A stretch of 64,000 nt of DNA from Lama guanicoe (taxonomy: Eukaryota): the NCBI GenBank assembly GCA_013239625.1, contig MU054338.1, forward strand, positions 2,094,968-2,158,967. Direction: 5' to 3'. The notes beneath the pieces are model-generated. The model worked only from the letters and a program-made list of their open reading frames with translations, was not told the origin of the DNA and did no database searches. This document shows positions 22,401 to 35,549 of this stretch, piece after piece (within the stretch, counting starts at the first letter, position 1; every line of letters starts with the position of its first letter). The position numbers and the translations under genes are program-made.

Positions 22401-22999
22401 CTTGAAAGGCCAATGAAAACGCAGAGGCCAGCCACTGTCACTTCAGAGCCTCCAGCAGCCCCTCGCCAGGAAGTCCTTCCTGCTGTCCATCTTCAGTCCC
22501 TCCTACTGCCAGCGAGAGGCCAGACCATCCACCCCCACAGAGCGGCGGCCGGCTTCTTCGCCTCTGGCTTAGGCACACACTCGGTGCTCCATAAATACAC
22601 AATGCTGCTAAGATGGTCAGAGCAAAGGACACTCCCTGGCTGGCTTCTGTCTGGAAGCGGGGAGAAGGAAGGGAAAAGTGAGTCAATGACGATCACAGCC
22701 CCTTCTGCGGGCTTCTGCGTCTCATCCCCCTCACCCCGCCACCGTCCTCAGCGATTCTCTGCCAGCTTCAGGCCAGGGAGAGTGGCCCGGGCCTTGTCTG
22801 AGGTCGCACAGCCAGGACTCGACAATCCTGGGCCCTCGCACCCCGCTCTCTTTGTGCACTGGGAACGGCTTTCTCTTCCCATCTCTGAAAACAGCCCATG
22901 CGCTGTCCCATGGCTTCAGGGCACCCCCTCTGGAGTTGATGAGGCCTCGGGGCGCCTGCCCAGCCAGCATCCAAGACCGGGTGGTAGACGGGTGGGAGG

Positions 23000-23680
23000 A
23001 GGGTCGGGGCCATCCTCTGCACACCCCCTACTCCCCCCGGCCCGGGCCTTCGGGGAGGCGGACGGGCAGGGGAGGGGCAGGCAGGACAAGTACCCTCCTT
23101 CCGGGGGTGGGCGGGGGGCTCCCAGTCAGAGGCTCATTCACAAATCTGCAGTTGGCATGAGAGCATCGACCAACCGCCCGCGCGCACACACACTCACACG
23201 GGAACACACACACGCGCGCGCACACGCGTGCACGGCCTGCGGCGGCCTCCTCGGGCTGTGGGTGGCCACTTGCAATAGGCCGGCCTGGTGTGCCTCTGGC
23301 TAACGCATCTGCATGCCTCCCGCCACCCGCCCTCTCTCAAGTCTGTGATCTGCAGCTCTCAGAGTCCCGGGCACCCGCCTCCGACTCCCCCAGAGAGAAC
23401 CCCTCGCTCAGGGCCATGGAAGCCCGGTCCCCAGACCCGGTCGAGTGAGGCGGCTCCGGCTGCCCTCGCCCTCCGTCCGAGCATGGAGGTGCCCGGGCCC
23501 CTGGTGTCCAGCAAGCCGGGGGAGACCTCGGTCAAATGGCAGCTCTGCTACGACATGACGGCCAAAATGTGGTGGATGGTGAGTCGGGGGCGCTCGCCGG
23601 TGCCAGGTGGGGGCTCGGGCAGCTGGCTTGGGGAGCGGGAGGGCACAGCGGGCCACCCTGGGGGACCTCGCCCTGTCTTC
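23000..23680. promoter_or_regulatory. CpG-rich candidate promoter of the distal NFIC exon
   Basis: High CpG density, GC boxes, and a (CA)/(CG) tract at 23176-23235 similar in style to the one at 54430-54465. Confidence 0.55.
23483..23578 (+). CDS. NFIC: Candidate distal alternative first coding exon of NFIC (MEVPGPLVSSKPGETSVKWQLCYDMTAKMWWM)
   Basis: Strong Kozak AGCATGG, 32 codons ending ATG|gtgagt in phase 0. The KWQLCYD..A..WWM motif matches the recalled NFIA alternative N-terminus. Upstream sequence is CpG-rich. Confidence 0.75.
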
Positions 23681-26600
23681 CAGCCTCTCGGGTTCAGGGA
23701 CACTTGGATACTGGTGCAGGAGGTCAGGCGTGGTTGGCGGCAGTGGCATCCCCTCCGTGGGCATTGGGGACATAGGGAGAGGTGGTCAGCAGAAGGGAAA
23801 CTGAGGCCAGACAATGGAGAGAAAGTCATTTCCGACACTTCTACCTGAAAGCATGGCTGGGGCTGCCCAGAGGCAATGAAGGGTCTGAACGCACCGGTGT
23901 CCATGGCCAGGAGGGCGCCGAAGGTAGCCGTCCTCCTGGATGGTTTGCGGTGAGTGAGCTGGACCTGAAATCTTGAAGTGGTGGCAACTCCAGTTGCCCA
24001 GGGCCTACAATGGGACATTCTGAGTGCAGAGGGGCCTGGGGTCCGGGGATGCTGGGGGAGCCCAGGTTGACCGGCAGGAGGTGGGAGGCTTGGGATCTGA
24101 GCCACTCTGGGACCCGAGTGGGACCCGCACCTCTGCCCGTTTCTGTCCCCCTAGGCCTGGGGAGGGAGGGGGCGCCCTGTGGCATCCACCTCGAAGACTG
24201 AGCACCCTTCTGGAAGCTTCTGGGGTGGATGGCTACGATCCCTGAGTCAGGACCCAGCCAAAGGGAGAGAAGACATTCCAGGCCAAGGTGGGCTGTAGTG
24301 CCGGGGCTGGACATTTATTAACTGAGGCTCTCCAGCCAGCACGAGGCCACCAGGCCAAAGCATCATTGGCCGCCCCGCTGTCCATCCATCCATTGTCTGT
24401 CTGAACGCTGGCCGGTCACCCAAAGTGGAACTCTGAATCCTCCTACCTATGTGTACGGTTCTCAATCACACAGACCCGGGTCTGAACCTAGGCGCGCTGT
24501 GTGGCCTTCTGCTAGTGGCTTACCCTCTCTGGTCCACAGGTTCCTCCATCCGGGAAATGGTTTGGGGCCTGGACACCTCAGTCTTTGCAACCAGTGCTTC
24601 CCAAGGAGAGCTGGGCCTCAGGTGGGAGACAGCACCTCACAGCCCCCCTTGGCCCCTCCTAACTGTCATCTCATCTCTGAGATTCAGATGACTCAGGAAG
24701 CCTGGGGGCGGTGGGGACTGTTTGATCTTGGAGTATCAAGGTCTTGGGGTCCACGAGGACAGAAATTTTCCCACATCCCTGAGAAGTGTCACTTGGTTTC
24801 ATTTTTCATTCCTCATTCAGCCAACATTTATTAAACGCGTACTGTGTCTCCAGCCCTGTTCTCAAGCTGAAGACACAGTAGCGACCTGGACAAGGACCGC
24901 TGGCCTCGGGGGCTGATGTCGCAGTGAGGGAGACAGCAAATAGAGATGTCAGTGCACAGAAGCAGACTTCATTATGGTCGTGGAGAGGGTTCCCAGGAGC
25001 TGGGGCCTGGAGGCGGACACGGCAGTCTACGAGGGCTTCACTGAGGAAGCGGCATCTTGTCTGAGACATGGTAGATGGCAGAATTCATTAGAAGAGCATT
25101 CTCAGTAGCAGGCACAGCCGGCACAAAGGCCCCAAGGCAGGGCCGTGCCTGGCGAGTTGGAGGAACAGCAAGGAGGCCCGAGTGTCTGAAGCAGAGTGAG
25201 CGAGGGGGAGAGAGGGAGGAGGGGAGGGCGGGGAGGGGACGCGGCAGGTCGTGCAGGGCCCTGTGGGCCGTGGGAAGGACGTGGGCTTGTACTCTGATGG
25301 AGGTGGGAGCCCTGGAGGGCTGTGGGCAGAGGTGGGGACAGGACCTGTTTTACAATTTTTGAAACTTCTTTGGGCTTCTGTGGGGAGAAGAGATATTCTG
25401 AAGCTGACGTGGCAGCTGGAGACCAAGAGGAGGCTGGGGCGGCATCCTGGCTAGCCGTGATGGGGGCCTCGGTGTGGGAGGAAGTGGGTGGGTTTCAGAT
25501 GAAGAATGGTGGAGACTTGGCGATTAAGTTGGAAGCCCAGATAATGACATGATTTGCTCAAAGTCACACAACAAGTGGAGGGCAGAGCTGGGAACTAGAG
25601 AAGAAGCCTGGGGCTAAAGGTCAGAGGTGAGGGAGTGATTCCCCATCACCCATCCCTGGGGTCCTGGGACAGTCAAGTAAAACTGGCAATTTGTGACAAG
25701 GAGCAAGGTTCTGTGCAAACTTGAGGTCTTATCAATAGAAGTAGAAGCCCCAGTACAGGGGAGCTGATGGATCCACTAATCCACTAAGGATAAGTGTCAA
25801 ACGGAGGTATACCTAGAAAAGGAAAGAGGATGGGGCTCAGGGGCCTGCAGGGGAAGATTGACTCAGGGCTTCAGCTCTAAAAAGACGCCTGGACAAATTT
25901 GGTTAAATTCACCACCTGACTCTGGGCTTTCCGCAGAAGATCAGCCCCAGTCCCACCCACGTGGAGCCCCCAACAGAAGAGCAGAAACAGCCAGACCGAG
26001 ACAGGTCTCAAATCTCCCCAGGTGGGGCTGCCCTTGGGCATAGGAAGCTGATGAGGGTCTCAGGTGGTTGGGGTAGGGGGGAGTCTGTGGAACCATAGAG
26101 GCCAGAGCTGGGCCTCTACAGGGGTCAGTTCAACCCCTATAAGGACTGTCACCCCACTGGCTGAAAGGTAGTGAGGCATCTGTCATAGGAGGCATCCAAG
26201 TCCCCATTGGTGGGAATTCCATCCTCTTCAGCAGAGCGGAACAGATAATTCTGAAAAGGTCTCTTTGTGCTCAGAGCATCAAAGATCCCAAGGTGGCTGA
26301 GGGGCCCAGGTAGCATTCAAAGTGTGGGGCTGGACAGGGGGCTGTGGGTGGGAACAAGGGCTCCAGCCTCAGCCCCCGAATCCCAGGCCGACTCTGCATC
26401 TCTAAGTGCTGCAGGCAAGGTGCCCAGCGTCCGAGGGACTTTCAGTGCCCTTGGAAATATTTGAACTTCTTTTACAATCAGAAGAAAGCAGGGAATGTGA
26501 TCGTATGAGTGCACAGCAATGAATCCAGTGTGGATTCTAGTCATCTGTACACCAGCACAGCCAGAAAACATCGTTTTTAATAATTTTATTTTTATGGAGG

Positions 26601-29325
26601 CAGGCCAAAGTGCATCAGACCCTCGGAAGTCGTAATGCAGCTAAGTTCATTCAATCCCTGTTCATTCATTCAAAGATCAAATGGACCTCACCTCTCTGCA
26701 CCTGGGTTTCCTCATCTGTAAAATGCGGGAGGGGGCATAAATAATAAAACCTCTCCCCTCCAGGGTCTTTGTGGGAAATCCAATGAACGGATGACCTGGC
26801 GGTGTCACACAGTTAATGGCTGTGCCCAGGTCAGGAACTGTGTGATACTCACAGCTAAAGCAGGAGAGATTGTGGTTAGATTTCAGGAGGACTTCCATCA
26901 TTGTTCCATCTATTCAGTGAGTGTCTATTACAAGTCAGCAGTGAGCCAGGCTGACCCAACCCTGCCCTTCTTGGGCTCATGGTCTAGCGGTAGGGGGTGG
27001 ATGGAAGAAGTAAGAGAGAAAATGAGTAAATGCATGAGATAATTTCAAGTTGGGAGGAGGGCTGCCAAGTCATTAGAGGAGAGAGTGATGGACTGAAGAG
27101 GGAACCAGTGGGCAGGGAAGGCCTCTCTGAGTTGCAGTCTGAGTGATCTCAGGGACCAAAGGTCTGGAGGTAGCAAGCACAGCCCACGCAAAGGCCCTGG
27201 GGCAGGACTGTGCCTGGTGTGCTTGAGGAACAGCAAGGTGGTCTGTGTGTCTGGAGCAGAGTGAATGAGGGGGAGAGAGGGAGGAGGGGAGGGCAGGGAG
27301 GGGGCAGGTCAGGTCATGCAGGGCCTTGTGGGCCCCAGGGAGGACTGGGGTTTTATTCAAGGGGCACTAGGGAGCCCTGGGAGGGAGGTAAGCAAGAGGG
27401 GACTCCCCCATCTGCCAAGCGAGTCCCTCTGCACAACTCCTGTCTGTGAGTGCTGCCTGCTGCCTCCCCCACCGTGTGCCCGGCGCTGGGGTGGGGGGTC
27501 GGGGGGCACACAGTCTCCCCAGCCCCCCGCCCGCGCCCGCCCGGCCGCCGCCCACTCTGCCCACATCTGAGGCACCGAGGAGCCGGACAGTCTGCTGCAA
27601 ACCACGGAATGTTTCCCAGAGCGCCCGGGCCGGGAATGTCGGCGGTGAGGAGGGGAAGGGCGGGGAGCCCCGGAGAAGCGAGTTGGGGAGACACAGAAAG
27701 CAGAGCCAGGGCCGGGGGGTGGACCTGGGCAGCATGGAGGGCTGAAGGGAAGTTACTGTCACCACGAGGCCCTCTGCTATACAGATGGGGAAACTGAGGC
27801 ACGGGGTGGTGAGTGGACTTGTCCCCAAAGCTGGGGCAAGACAGCGTCAGGATTCGAATCCAGGCCACCTGGCAGCAGAGTGTGGGGGCTCAACCTCTAA
27901 AGGAATCAGTGCAATTGTTTCAGTGAATGAGTGAAGGCATGAATGAATGAATGAAGGGTCTTTGGAAGTGACTGAAGGAAGGCAGCCGGCACCGCCAGCC
28001 TCTCCCCTCACTTCAGCCTGAGACGGGCGGGCAGACAGTACCTGATGGCACCGCCAGCGCCCCACCCTACCTGGACTCTAGGTCCCCGCTTCTCTGACTT
28101 TCTGGAACTCCTTCCTCCTTTGGATCCTTTCTTCTCCTTGGCAGACAAATGCCGGTGTTCAGATCTTCCTCCGGGGACTCCTCAGGCTGCAGCTCATTCT
28201 AGAAGTCAAGAGAAGGGAAAGCCACTGCTCAGAGGGGGACTGCACCTTCCCCAAGGTCACACAGCAAACTGCTGTATACCCACAGGGCTGAGCCAAGAGC
28301 TCGAAATAATAGCCAATTGGCATCACCGCCAGCCGAGCCATTGTATCTGGTTCAGTCTCCCCACGAGCCGTGAAGAAGGAGCTGCTATGGTCGCACCTGA
28401 TAGATGGGGATATAGGCTCGGGGCGGGGCAGTCACTGCGTGAGTATGCAGGGATGTGACCTGGATGGCGTGCTCACCAGCCTGTGCTATCTGTGGGTGGC
28501 TGATATTCCAGGAGGTTACCCTACCCAGGTGATGGGTGTCACACCCCAGCCCCACACAAGCTGATGACATGGTCCCTTGGTCCGCCTTTGTACTTGGTGG
28601 TCTTTCGAGGTTCCAAAAGCTGGAGGTGGGGTGGAGGCAACTATTCCTTAGACTGAAACTCAGGGAGTGGGGAGTGGGCACTGGTCGGGGGGCTCCTGGG
28701 GAAAGTGGCATTTGAGCCAAGCCTGGAGGGTGCTAAGGTTCTCAACTCAGACAGACGGAAGGGAGGAGGGAGGAACTGCTCAGACACAGGTGTGGCCACA
28801 GGAGTCTGTCGGGCCTGACAGAGCTGAAGGGAGGAGGAGGTGAGGTGGCAGGGAGGCGGAGAGGCGTGTGAAGCCAGACCCTGGACCTTGCGTGCTGGGC
28901 TGTGGAACCAGGGCCTTCTCTCAGGGGCCGCAGGGAGCCAGGCAGGGTGTTTGAGCGGAGAGGGGTGTGGCCAGATCTCAGGCAGGTGTGGGATTTGGAA
29001 TGGGGGCCGTGAAGAGATGGAAACGGCGATCCAGATGGCAGAGAAGGAGACCTGGTGGATGGGGGAGAATGAGGGACCCGTGAGGCTGATGCTGGGGTCC
29101 CTGCCTCAGGGATGGGGAGCAGCGGTGAAGTTGTCCTTGAGATGGGGACATGGCTGGGGACAGGACTATGGAGGAGGGTGCTGAGTCCAGGGACTCTAGA
29201 GGTGGTTCTGGGGGGATGCTGAGTAAGATGTGGAGAAAACCACTGGGGCCTAAAGGAGTGCCTGGTACACCCTACGTGATCAGTAACTGCTTGTCCATGG
29301 GAGGGAGAGAAGGAGGGTTAGGGAG

Positions 29326-29497
29326 AGATGGATGGATGGATGGAAGGATGGTGGGTGGATGGAAAGATGGATGGATGGATGGAAACATGGATGGATGGAT
29401 GGATGGATAGAAGGATGGATGGATGGAAGGATGGATGGATAGATGGACGGATGAACATATGGACAACTGGATGGATGGATGGACGGATGGGTGGGTG
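29326..29497 (+). repeat. (GGAT)n imperfect microsatellite
   Basis: Visible tetranucleotide array. Confidence 0.95.
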
Positions 29498-29708
29498 GGG
29501 GCTGATGAAAGACATGGCCACCCCGAGCGTGAAGGACAGAGGGCCCAGAACAGCCCCAGGAAGCCCCCACTTCAGGGCCAGACCAGGAAGATTTAGTTGG
29601 TGGGGACCAGAAACCACGCCAGTTGCCCCACAGCTGTCTCTCAGTGAGGCCCTGCAGGTCCTCCCCTCTGCCCTCGCTCCCCACAGACGGCTGTGGGGCT
29701 CCATGCGC

Positions 29709-29710
<2 letters not shown>

Positions 29711-29748
<38 letters not shown>
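29711..29748 (+). repeat. (AC)n microsatellite
   Basis: Pure dinucleotide run. Confidence 0.95.
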
Positions 29749-29750
<2 letters not shown>

Positions 29751-31916
29751 CTCAGCTCTGGGGGGGCCACCGCAGACAAATCAGTGGAAAATTAAAATAG
29801 TGCCTGTGTGCTAGTGATCGGCGGCCTCAGCTGGACCACTTAATGACCCCTTTCTGAGGATTGTTACCAGCTGGAGGTGGCCGGGGGAGGGGGTCAGTGC
29901 CGAGCCACCCAGTCTGAAGGGGAGAGGGAGGGGGTGGTCCCTGGAAACAGTGCTGCCAGTGAGAGGGGGAGGGCCATACACTGGTGGGATCAGGGAAAAG
30001 ATGGCTGTGGGCTCCTCCGCCCGACCTCTGCCCCTGCAGTCCCTCCTGCAGGGGTGCTCCTTCACCCCTAATTTGCCTGCTGGCTTCAGCTCAACTTTTA
30101 ATTCTCAGCTCAGCCACCTCCAGGAAGCCCTCCCCAGACCAGGGCAATTCCTCCAGTCATTTACTCCAGAAGCATCTGCCTGCCCACCCGTACGTAAGAG
30201 CGTATCCTCCTGGAAACAGGGTTAAGAGCAAGAACTTCACTGTGCCACTCACCAGCTGTGTGTCCTTGGGCAAGTCGCTTTCCCTCTCTAGGACTCATTT
30301 TCCTCATCTGTAAGGCGGAGATAATAACCTCTTCCTCATAGAGCTGTTGGGAGGATTCAGTGAGCTATTTGGGGCAAACTGGTATTTACTGGACACTTAC
30401 TATGTGCCGAGCAAACCCATTTTAGGGATGGGGTCACTGAGACCCACCGTTAGATAAAATGACCGGATATCATCGTTCTGTCTTTTGCCTGGGCAAGTGC
30501 AGTCCCCTCCACCCTGATTCCCAGCTCCAACCCTGGTCTCCACAGTCGGCTTTCTCCAAGGCAGCCACCAGAGGGCGCCTGTGAGCCCGAGTCAGGCCCC
30601 GCCCCTCTGCCCGCAGCCCTCCAGGGTTCCCACCTCCCTGGGGCAAAAGCCCACGTCCTCCCCTCAGCCCACAAGGCCCTGCATGACCTGCCCTGTCCCA
30701 TCCCTGCCTTCCCCTCCTCCCTCTCTCCCGTCTGCTCACTCGGCTTCAGCCACATCGGCCTCCTTGCTGTTTCTCCAACACATCAGGCACAGCCCTGCCC
30801 CAGGGCATTTGCACAGGCTGTGCCCTCCACCCAAGATACTGTTCCATATCCTCTTGGCCAGGTTGACCTGTCTCATCCCTCTGTTCTCAGCTCAGATGGC
30901 CCTAGGACAGCCCCCTTCCTAACTAAAGCAGGTCCTCCTGCTGTTTGTCCTTGCCCCTTTCCCATTCTTCTCATGAATGCATCACACACTGCAATTATAT
31001 TTTGTGTAATTTTGTGGCCCCCATTTGACCACAAAGGGGAGCCAGGACTTCTGCCCTGGCCTTCTCTGGGTCCTCAGCACTCCTCACCCGGCATGGCACA
31101 CAAGAGGCACCGAATAAATGTTTGCTGAATCAACGAACAAGTGAAGAGATAAACATCACACAAATAATGTGCAAGACAAAGTGGCCACTCGAACTCCAGT
31201 CTCTCCAAGCTCAGCACCTTCATTCCCCCTGCTCTGGCTGACTTAAGGATTACTTTAAAATCGTGGTGTCGTTTGTTTTCCCTTTCCATTTGTAAGAATC
31301 AGCTCCATACTGGATAAGACAGCTCCATTGGGCAGAAATAGACCTCAGTGTATTTGGAGAGTTTTCCAGGGGGTGGAGAAATGACAGCTTCTTCAATACA
31401 TTGTGATGGGACAGCCTTAAAGGGAAAAAATTCAAATTTTTGATTTTTGAATCATTTCAGATTTAGAAAAAGTCACAAAGATAGCACAGAGAATCCCCAT
31501 ATATAGTCTTTACCTGACTTGCTCTAATGGGAAAATCTTTCTTAACTGCAGAGCATGTGCCACAATCAAGAAATTAACATCACTGCAGTACAATGAATAA
31601 AACTCCAGATTTTATCTGAGTTTGACCAGTTTATCTGTTAATGCCTTCTTTTTGGTCCAGGACCTCATGTGGCATTTAGTCATCATGCTTCCTCATGCTC
31701 CCCTGGTTTCTCCATCTTTCCTTTGTAATGACCTTGACCTTGACCATCCTGAGGACTGGCCGGGTGTCCTGAGAACATTCCCCAATCCAGGTTTCCAGGA
31801 TGGTTTCTCATGATTAGACCAGGATGGGTTTGGGGGAGGAACCCACAGAGGTGCCCATTTTGTCACAGCCTATTAGGAATCCCTGACATGCACATGACAG
31901 CACCTGGAGGTAAACC

Positions 31917-33047
31917 TTTTTTTTCAATTGAAGTAGAGTTGATTCACAATGTTGTTAGTTTCTGGTGCACAGCAAAGTGATTCCATTTTATATATATATG
32001 TATATGTACACACACATATATATAAAACATATATATATATGTACACACATATATATATATACACACATATATATATATATTCCTTTTCAGATTCTTTTCC
32101 ATTATGGGTTATTCCAAGATGCTGAATAGAGTTCCTCATGCTATACAGTAAATCTTTGTTGTTTATCCATTTTATACATAGTAATTTGTACCTGCTATTC
32201 CCAAACTCCTAATTTATCCCTCCCCCACCTTTCCCCTTTGGTAACCATAAGTTTGTTTTCTATGTCAGTGAGCCTGTTTCTGTTTTGTAAATAAGTTCAT
32301 TTGTATCACTTTTTAGATTCTACATTAAATAATATCATATAATATTTGTCTTTGACTTATCTCACTTACTATAATAATCTCTAGGTCCATCCATGTTGCT
32401 ACAAATGGTGCTATTTCATTCTTTTTTATGGCTCAGTAATATTCCATTGTGTGTATATACACCACATCTTTATCCAACCATCTGCTGACGGACATTTAGG
32501 TTGCTTCCATGTCTTGGCTATTGTAAATAGTGCTGCTATGAACATTGGAGTGCATGTATCTTTTTGAGTTCTAGTTTTATCCAGATATATGCCCAAAAAT
32601 GGGATTGCTGGATCATGTGGTAAGTCTATTTTTAGTTTTTCAAGGACCCTCCATACTGTTCTCCATAGTGTCCGTGCCAATTTACATTCCCACCAGTAGT
32701 GTAGGAGGGTTCCCTTTTCTCCACAAGCTCTCCAGCATTTATTAGGTTTAGATTTTTTGATGATGGCCATTCTAACTGGTGTAAGGTGATACTTCATTGT
32801 AGTTTTGATTTGCATTTCTCTGATAATTAGCAATGCTGAGCATCTTTTCATGTGCTTTTTGGCCATCTGTCTGTCTTCTTTGGAGAAATGTCTATTTAGG
32901 CCTTCTGCCCACTGTTTGATTGGGTGGTTTGTTTTGTTGATATGGAGCTGTGTGAGTTAGTTGTGTATTTTGGAAATTAAGCCCTTGTCGGTCTCATTGT
33001 TTGCACATATTTTCTCCCAGTCCATAGATTGTCTTTTCACTTTGTTT
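31917..33047 (-). mobile_element. 5'-truncated L1 (ORF2 C-terminus plus 3' UTR) inserted in an older L1MC-like fragment (~31430-33400)
   Basis: ORF 32426..32866 encodes [60 protein letters not shown], the L1 ORF2p cysteine-rich end. Poly-T at the left end. Confidence 0.93.
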
Positions 33048-33429
33048 AAACCCTGAGGTTGACCTTGATCACCTGGTTACGAGGGTCCCTGAAGTTTCCC
33101 CACCACGAGGCTGCTCTCTTCCCATTTCTGTGCTCTGTTCTTTGGAAGCGAGACATTAAGTCTAGATTCACCTCCCAGAGGGAGGCATAGCTACATGTAT
33201 TATGTGCAATTTTTCTGCAAGGAAGGCTGTTCTATTATCCTTCGTTTATTTATTTATGAAATGATTTATTATGATCAATATGGACTCGTGATATATTAAT
33301 GTTATGCTTTAGTTTATCATCCGATACCACATTATTCAGTTTTTGCTTCAGTTTTCTGACTTTGCCATTGGAGCTCTTTCAGGGGGCAGCTGTGAGTGGG
33401 ACAATTTTTTCAGCATTGGAGAAAAAAAC

Positions 33430-34988
33430 TTAAATTGCTTCCCTATACCATATCTTTCAGCCATATGCATTACAAATGGGTCAAAAATTAAGCTATAAAA
33501 AGTTAAAACATAAAGGTACTAAAAAAAATGGGAGAAACTGTTTATAGGGTTAGAGTGGAAGGGCCTTTCTAAGTAAGCATAAACCCCCCCAAAGTCATAA
33601 AAGAAAGATTAACCTGTTTTATTACATAAAATTAAAATTTTCTGCATGGCAAAAAGGCCAAAGAACTAACAACAAATGTGACAGAAATATTTGCAAAAGA
33701 TTTCTACTGGACCATAAATATGTAAAAAGTGCCTACAAGTCAATAAGAAAAGACCACCTGGAAAAAAGATGCAAAGGACGTGAACAGACCATCACAGGAA
33801 AGACCTGAAAGAAAGAAAAAATGGATTTGAAATCTTTGAAAAGCTATTTAACCTTATGCATAGCACAAGACATTCTCAACAAAACCACAATGGGATTTCT
33901 ACCATTCAGATTGCCTAAAGCAAAAGTTTTCTTGTGTGCTGCATTGTAAGTTGTAGGGCACTGGTTCTCAACCAGGAGGGATTTTGACCTTAGGGGACAG
34001 CCCGGGATGTCTAAAGACAACTTTGATTGTTATGACTAAGGGGAGGATACTGGCGTCTAGTAGGAGGAGGTCAAAGACACTGCTCTACCCCCTGCAATGC
34101 ACAGAACGCCCCTCCCCCAGCCGAGAACGATCCAGCCCAAACATCAATGAACCAAACTCTTTTGTGTATTGTTTGTGAGAACATACCTTTTTCAGAGGCA
34201 GTTTGGTAACATCTGCCAAAGTTGGAAATGCAAACATCGCCTAATACAACATTTCCAATTCTTTTAGTATATCCTACGTGTCTGCAAAGATACTCGGCAC
34301 AGTATTGTTTGTGGCAGCAAAAGACTAGCAACAAACCAAAACTGGCCCCAAGAGGAGACCAATTTATAGAAACCAGAGTCAGCAGAAAACAGTGGTTATT
34401 CCTCAAAAAATTAAACAGAGAATCACCATATGCACCAGCAATGACACTCATGGGTACAGACCCAATGGAGCTCAAAGCAGGGTCTCAAAGAGGTATTTGC
34501 ATATCCATGTTGATAGCATATCCGCAACAGCCAAAAAGTAAAAGCAACCCAAGTGTCCACTGATAGATGAATGGATGAACGAAATGTGGCCCATCCATAC
34601 AACGAAATGTATTAGTCAGTCTTAACAAGGAAGGAAATTCTGACACTCACTACAACATGGATGGACCTTGAGGACATGATGCTCAGTGATATAAGCCAGA
34701 CACAAAAGAACAAATACTGTGTGATTCCACTCATAGGAGGTCCCTAGAGGAGTCAGATTCACAGAGACAGGAAGTAGATGGTGGGGCCAGGGCTCAGGGA
34801 GGGGAGGGGGAGTCAATGTTTCATGGGGACAGAGTTGCAGTTTGGGAAGTTGTGAAAGTTCTGGAGATGGTGGTGGGGATGGTTACGTAACAATGTGAAT
34901 GTGCTTAATGCCACTGACCTGTGCTATTAAAATGGTTAATATGGTAAACTTTATGTTATTTATATTTTACCACAATTTTAAAAAAAAC
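33430..34988 (+). mobile_element. Degraded L1M ORF2 fragments and an L1MB-like 3' end, interrupted by a MER20-like element (~33960-34150)
   Basis: L1 motifs CAACCCAAGTGTCCACTGATAGATGAATGGAT and GTTCTGGAGATGG...ATTTTACCACAAT, followed by an A-tail. Confidence 0.8.
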
Positions 34989-35083
34989 TGGTGCATCCAT
35001 GCCGTGGACAGCTGTAGCCGCTAACGAGCGGCGTTGGGTGTTGATGGACAACCGGCTCTTAAGGCAAACCAAGCGACAAAGGC

Positions 35084-35116
35084 TGCAATGTTGACGTGTA
35101 CCGCGAGGGGGCAGCA
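35084..35116 (+). promoter_or_regulatory. CTCF site (core plus upstream module)
   Basis: CCGCGAGGGGGCAG matches the CCGCGNGGNGGCAG consensus, with TGCAATGTT upstream. Confidence 0.65.
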
Positions 35117-35214
35117 CACGACCAGGAGACCCGCCTTAATGCTTTGACCCGCTCGCACGTTGTTGAAGGTTCCCTTTCTCCTCCCTTTTTTGTTTTGTTT
35201 CATTTCCCCGTGTA

Positions 35215-35356
35215 TTTCTTTTGTTGTTGTTATTGTTCTTGTTTTCGGGGGAGGTAATTAAATTTAGTCAGTTATTTAATGGAGGCACTGGGGATTGAAC
35301 CCAGGAATTCCTGCATGTTAAGCACGTACTCTACCCACTGAGCTACACCCTCCCCC
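35215..35356 (-). mobile_element. tRNA-derived SINE (Vic-1-like)
   Basis: Same A/B-box body as the other copies, plus an A-rich tail on the minus strand. Confidence 0.85.
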
Positions 35357-35549
35357 TTACCTGGGTATTTCTACCCTCTTCCTCCGTTACCATCCATCCA
35401 CAGGCAAACCTCAAGTATCAGTGTGCGTCTCTGAAAATGTATTTTGTTAGTTTGCACGTATAGGTAATACAGCTGGAAAGATGATGCTTAAGTGAATAGA
35501 TGTAGCTGTGAATGCCAATAAAACTTTATTTATAAAGGCCAGGGGTGGG

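Noticed and set aside
22344..23303. 319-aa plus-strand ORF
   Set aside because: No recognisable homology, and the composition mirrors GC-rich promoter DNA. Only the 32-codon segment of the next ORF has coding hallmarks.
23288..23848. 186-aa ORF as a standalone gene
   Set aside because: The homologous part ends exactly at a GTGAGT donor, and the flanks look like UTR and intron read-through.
29272..29795. IHPS/MDGW-repeat ORFs
   Set aside because: Translations of (GGAT)n and (CA)n microsatellites.
32426..32866. 146-aa ORF as a host gene
   Set aside because: It is the C-terminal remnant of L1 ORF2p in a truncated element.
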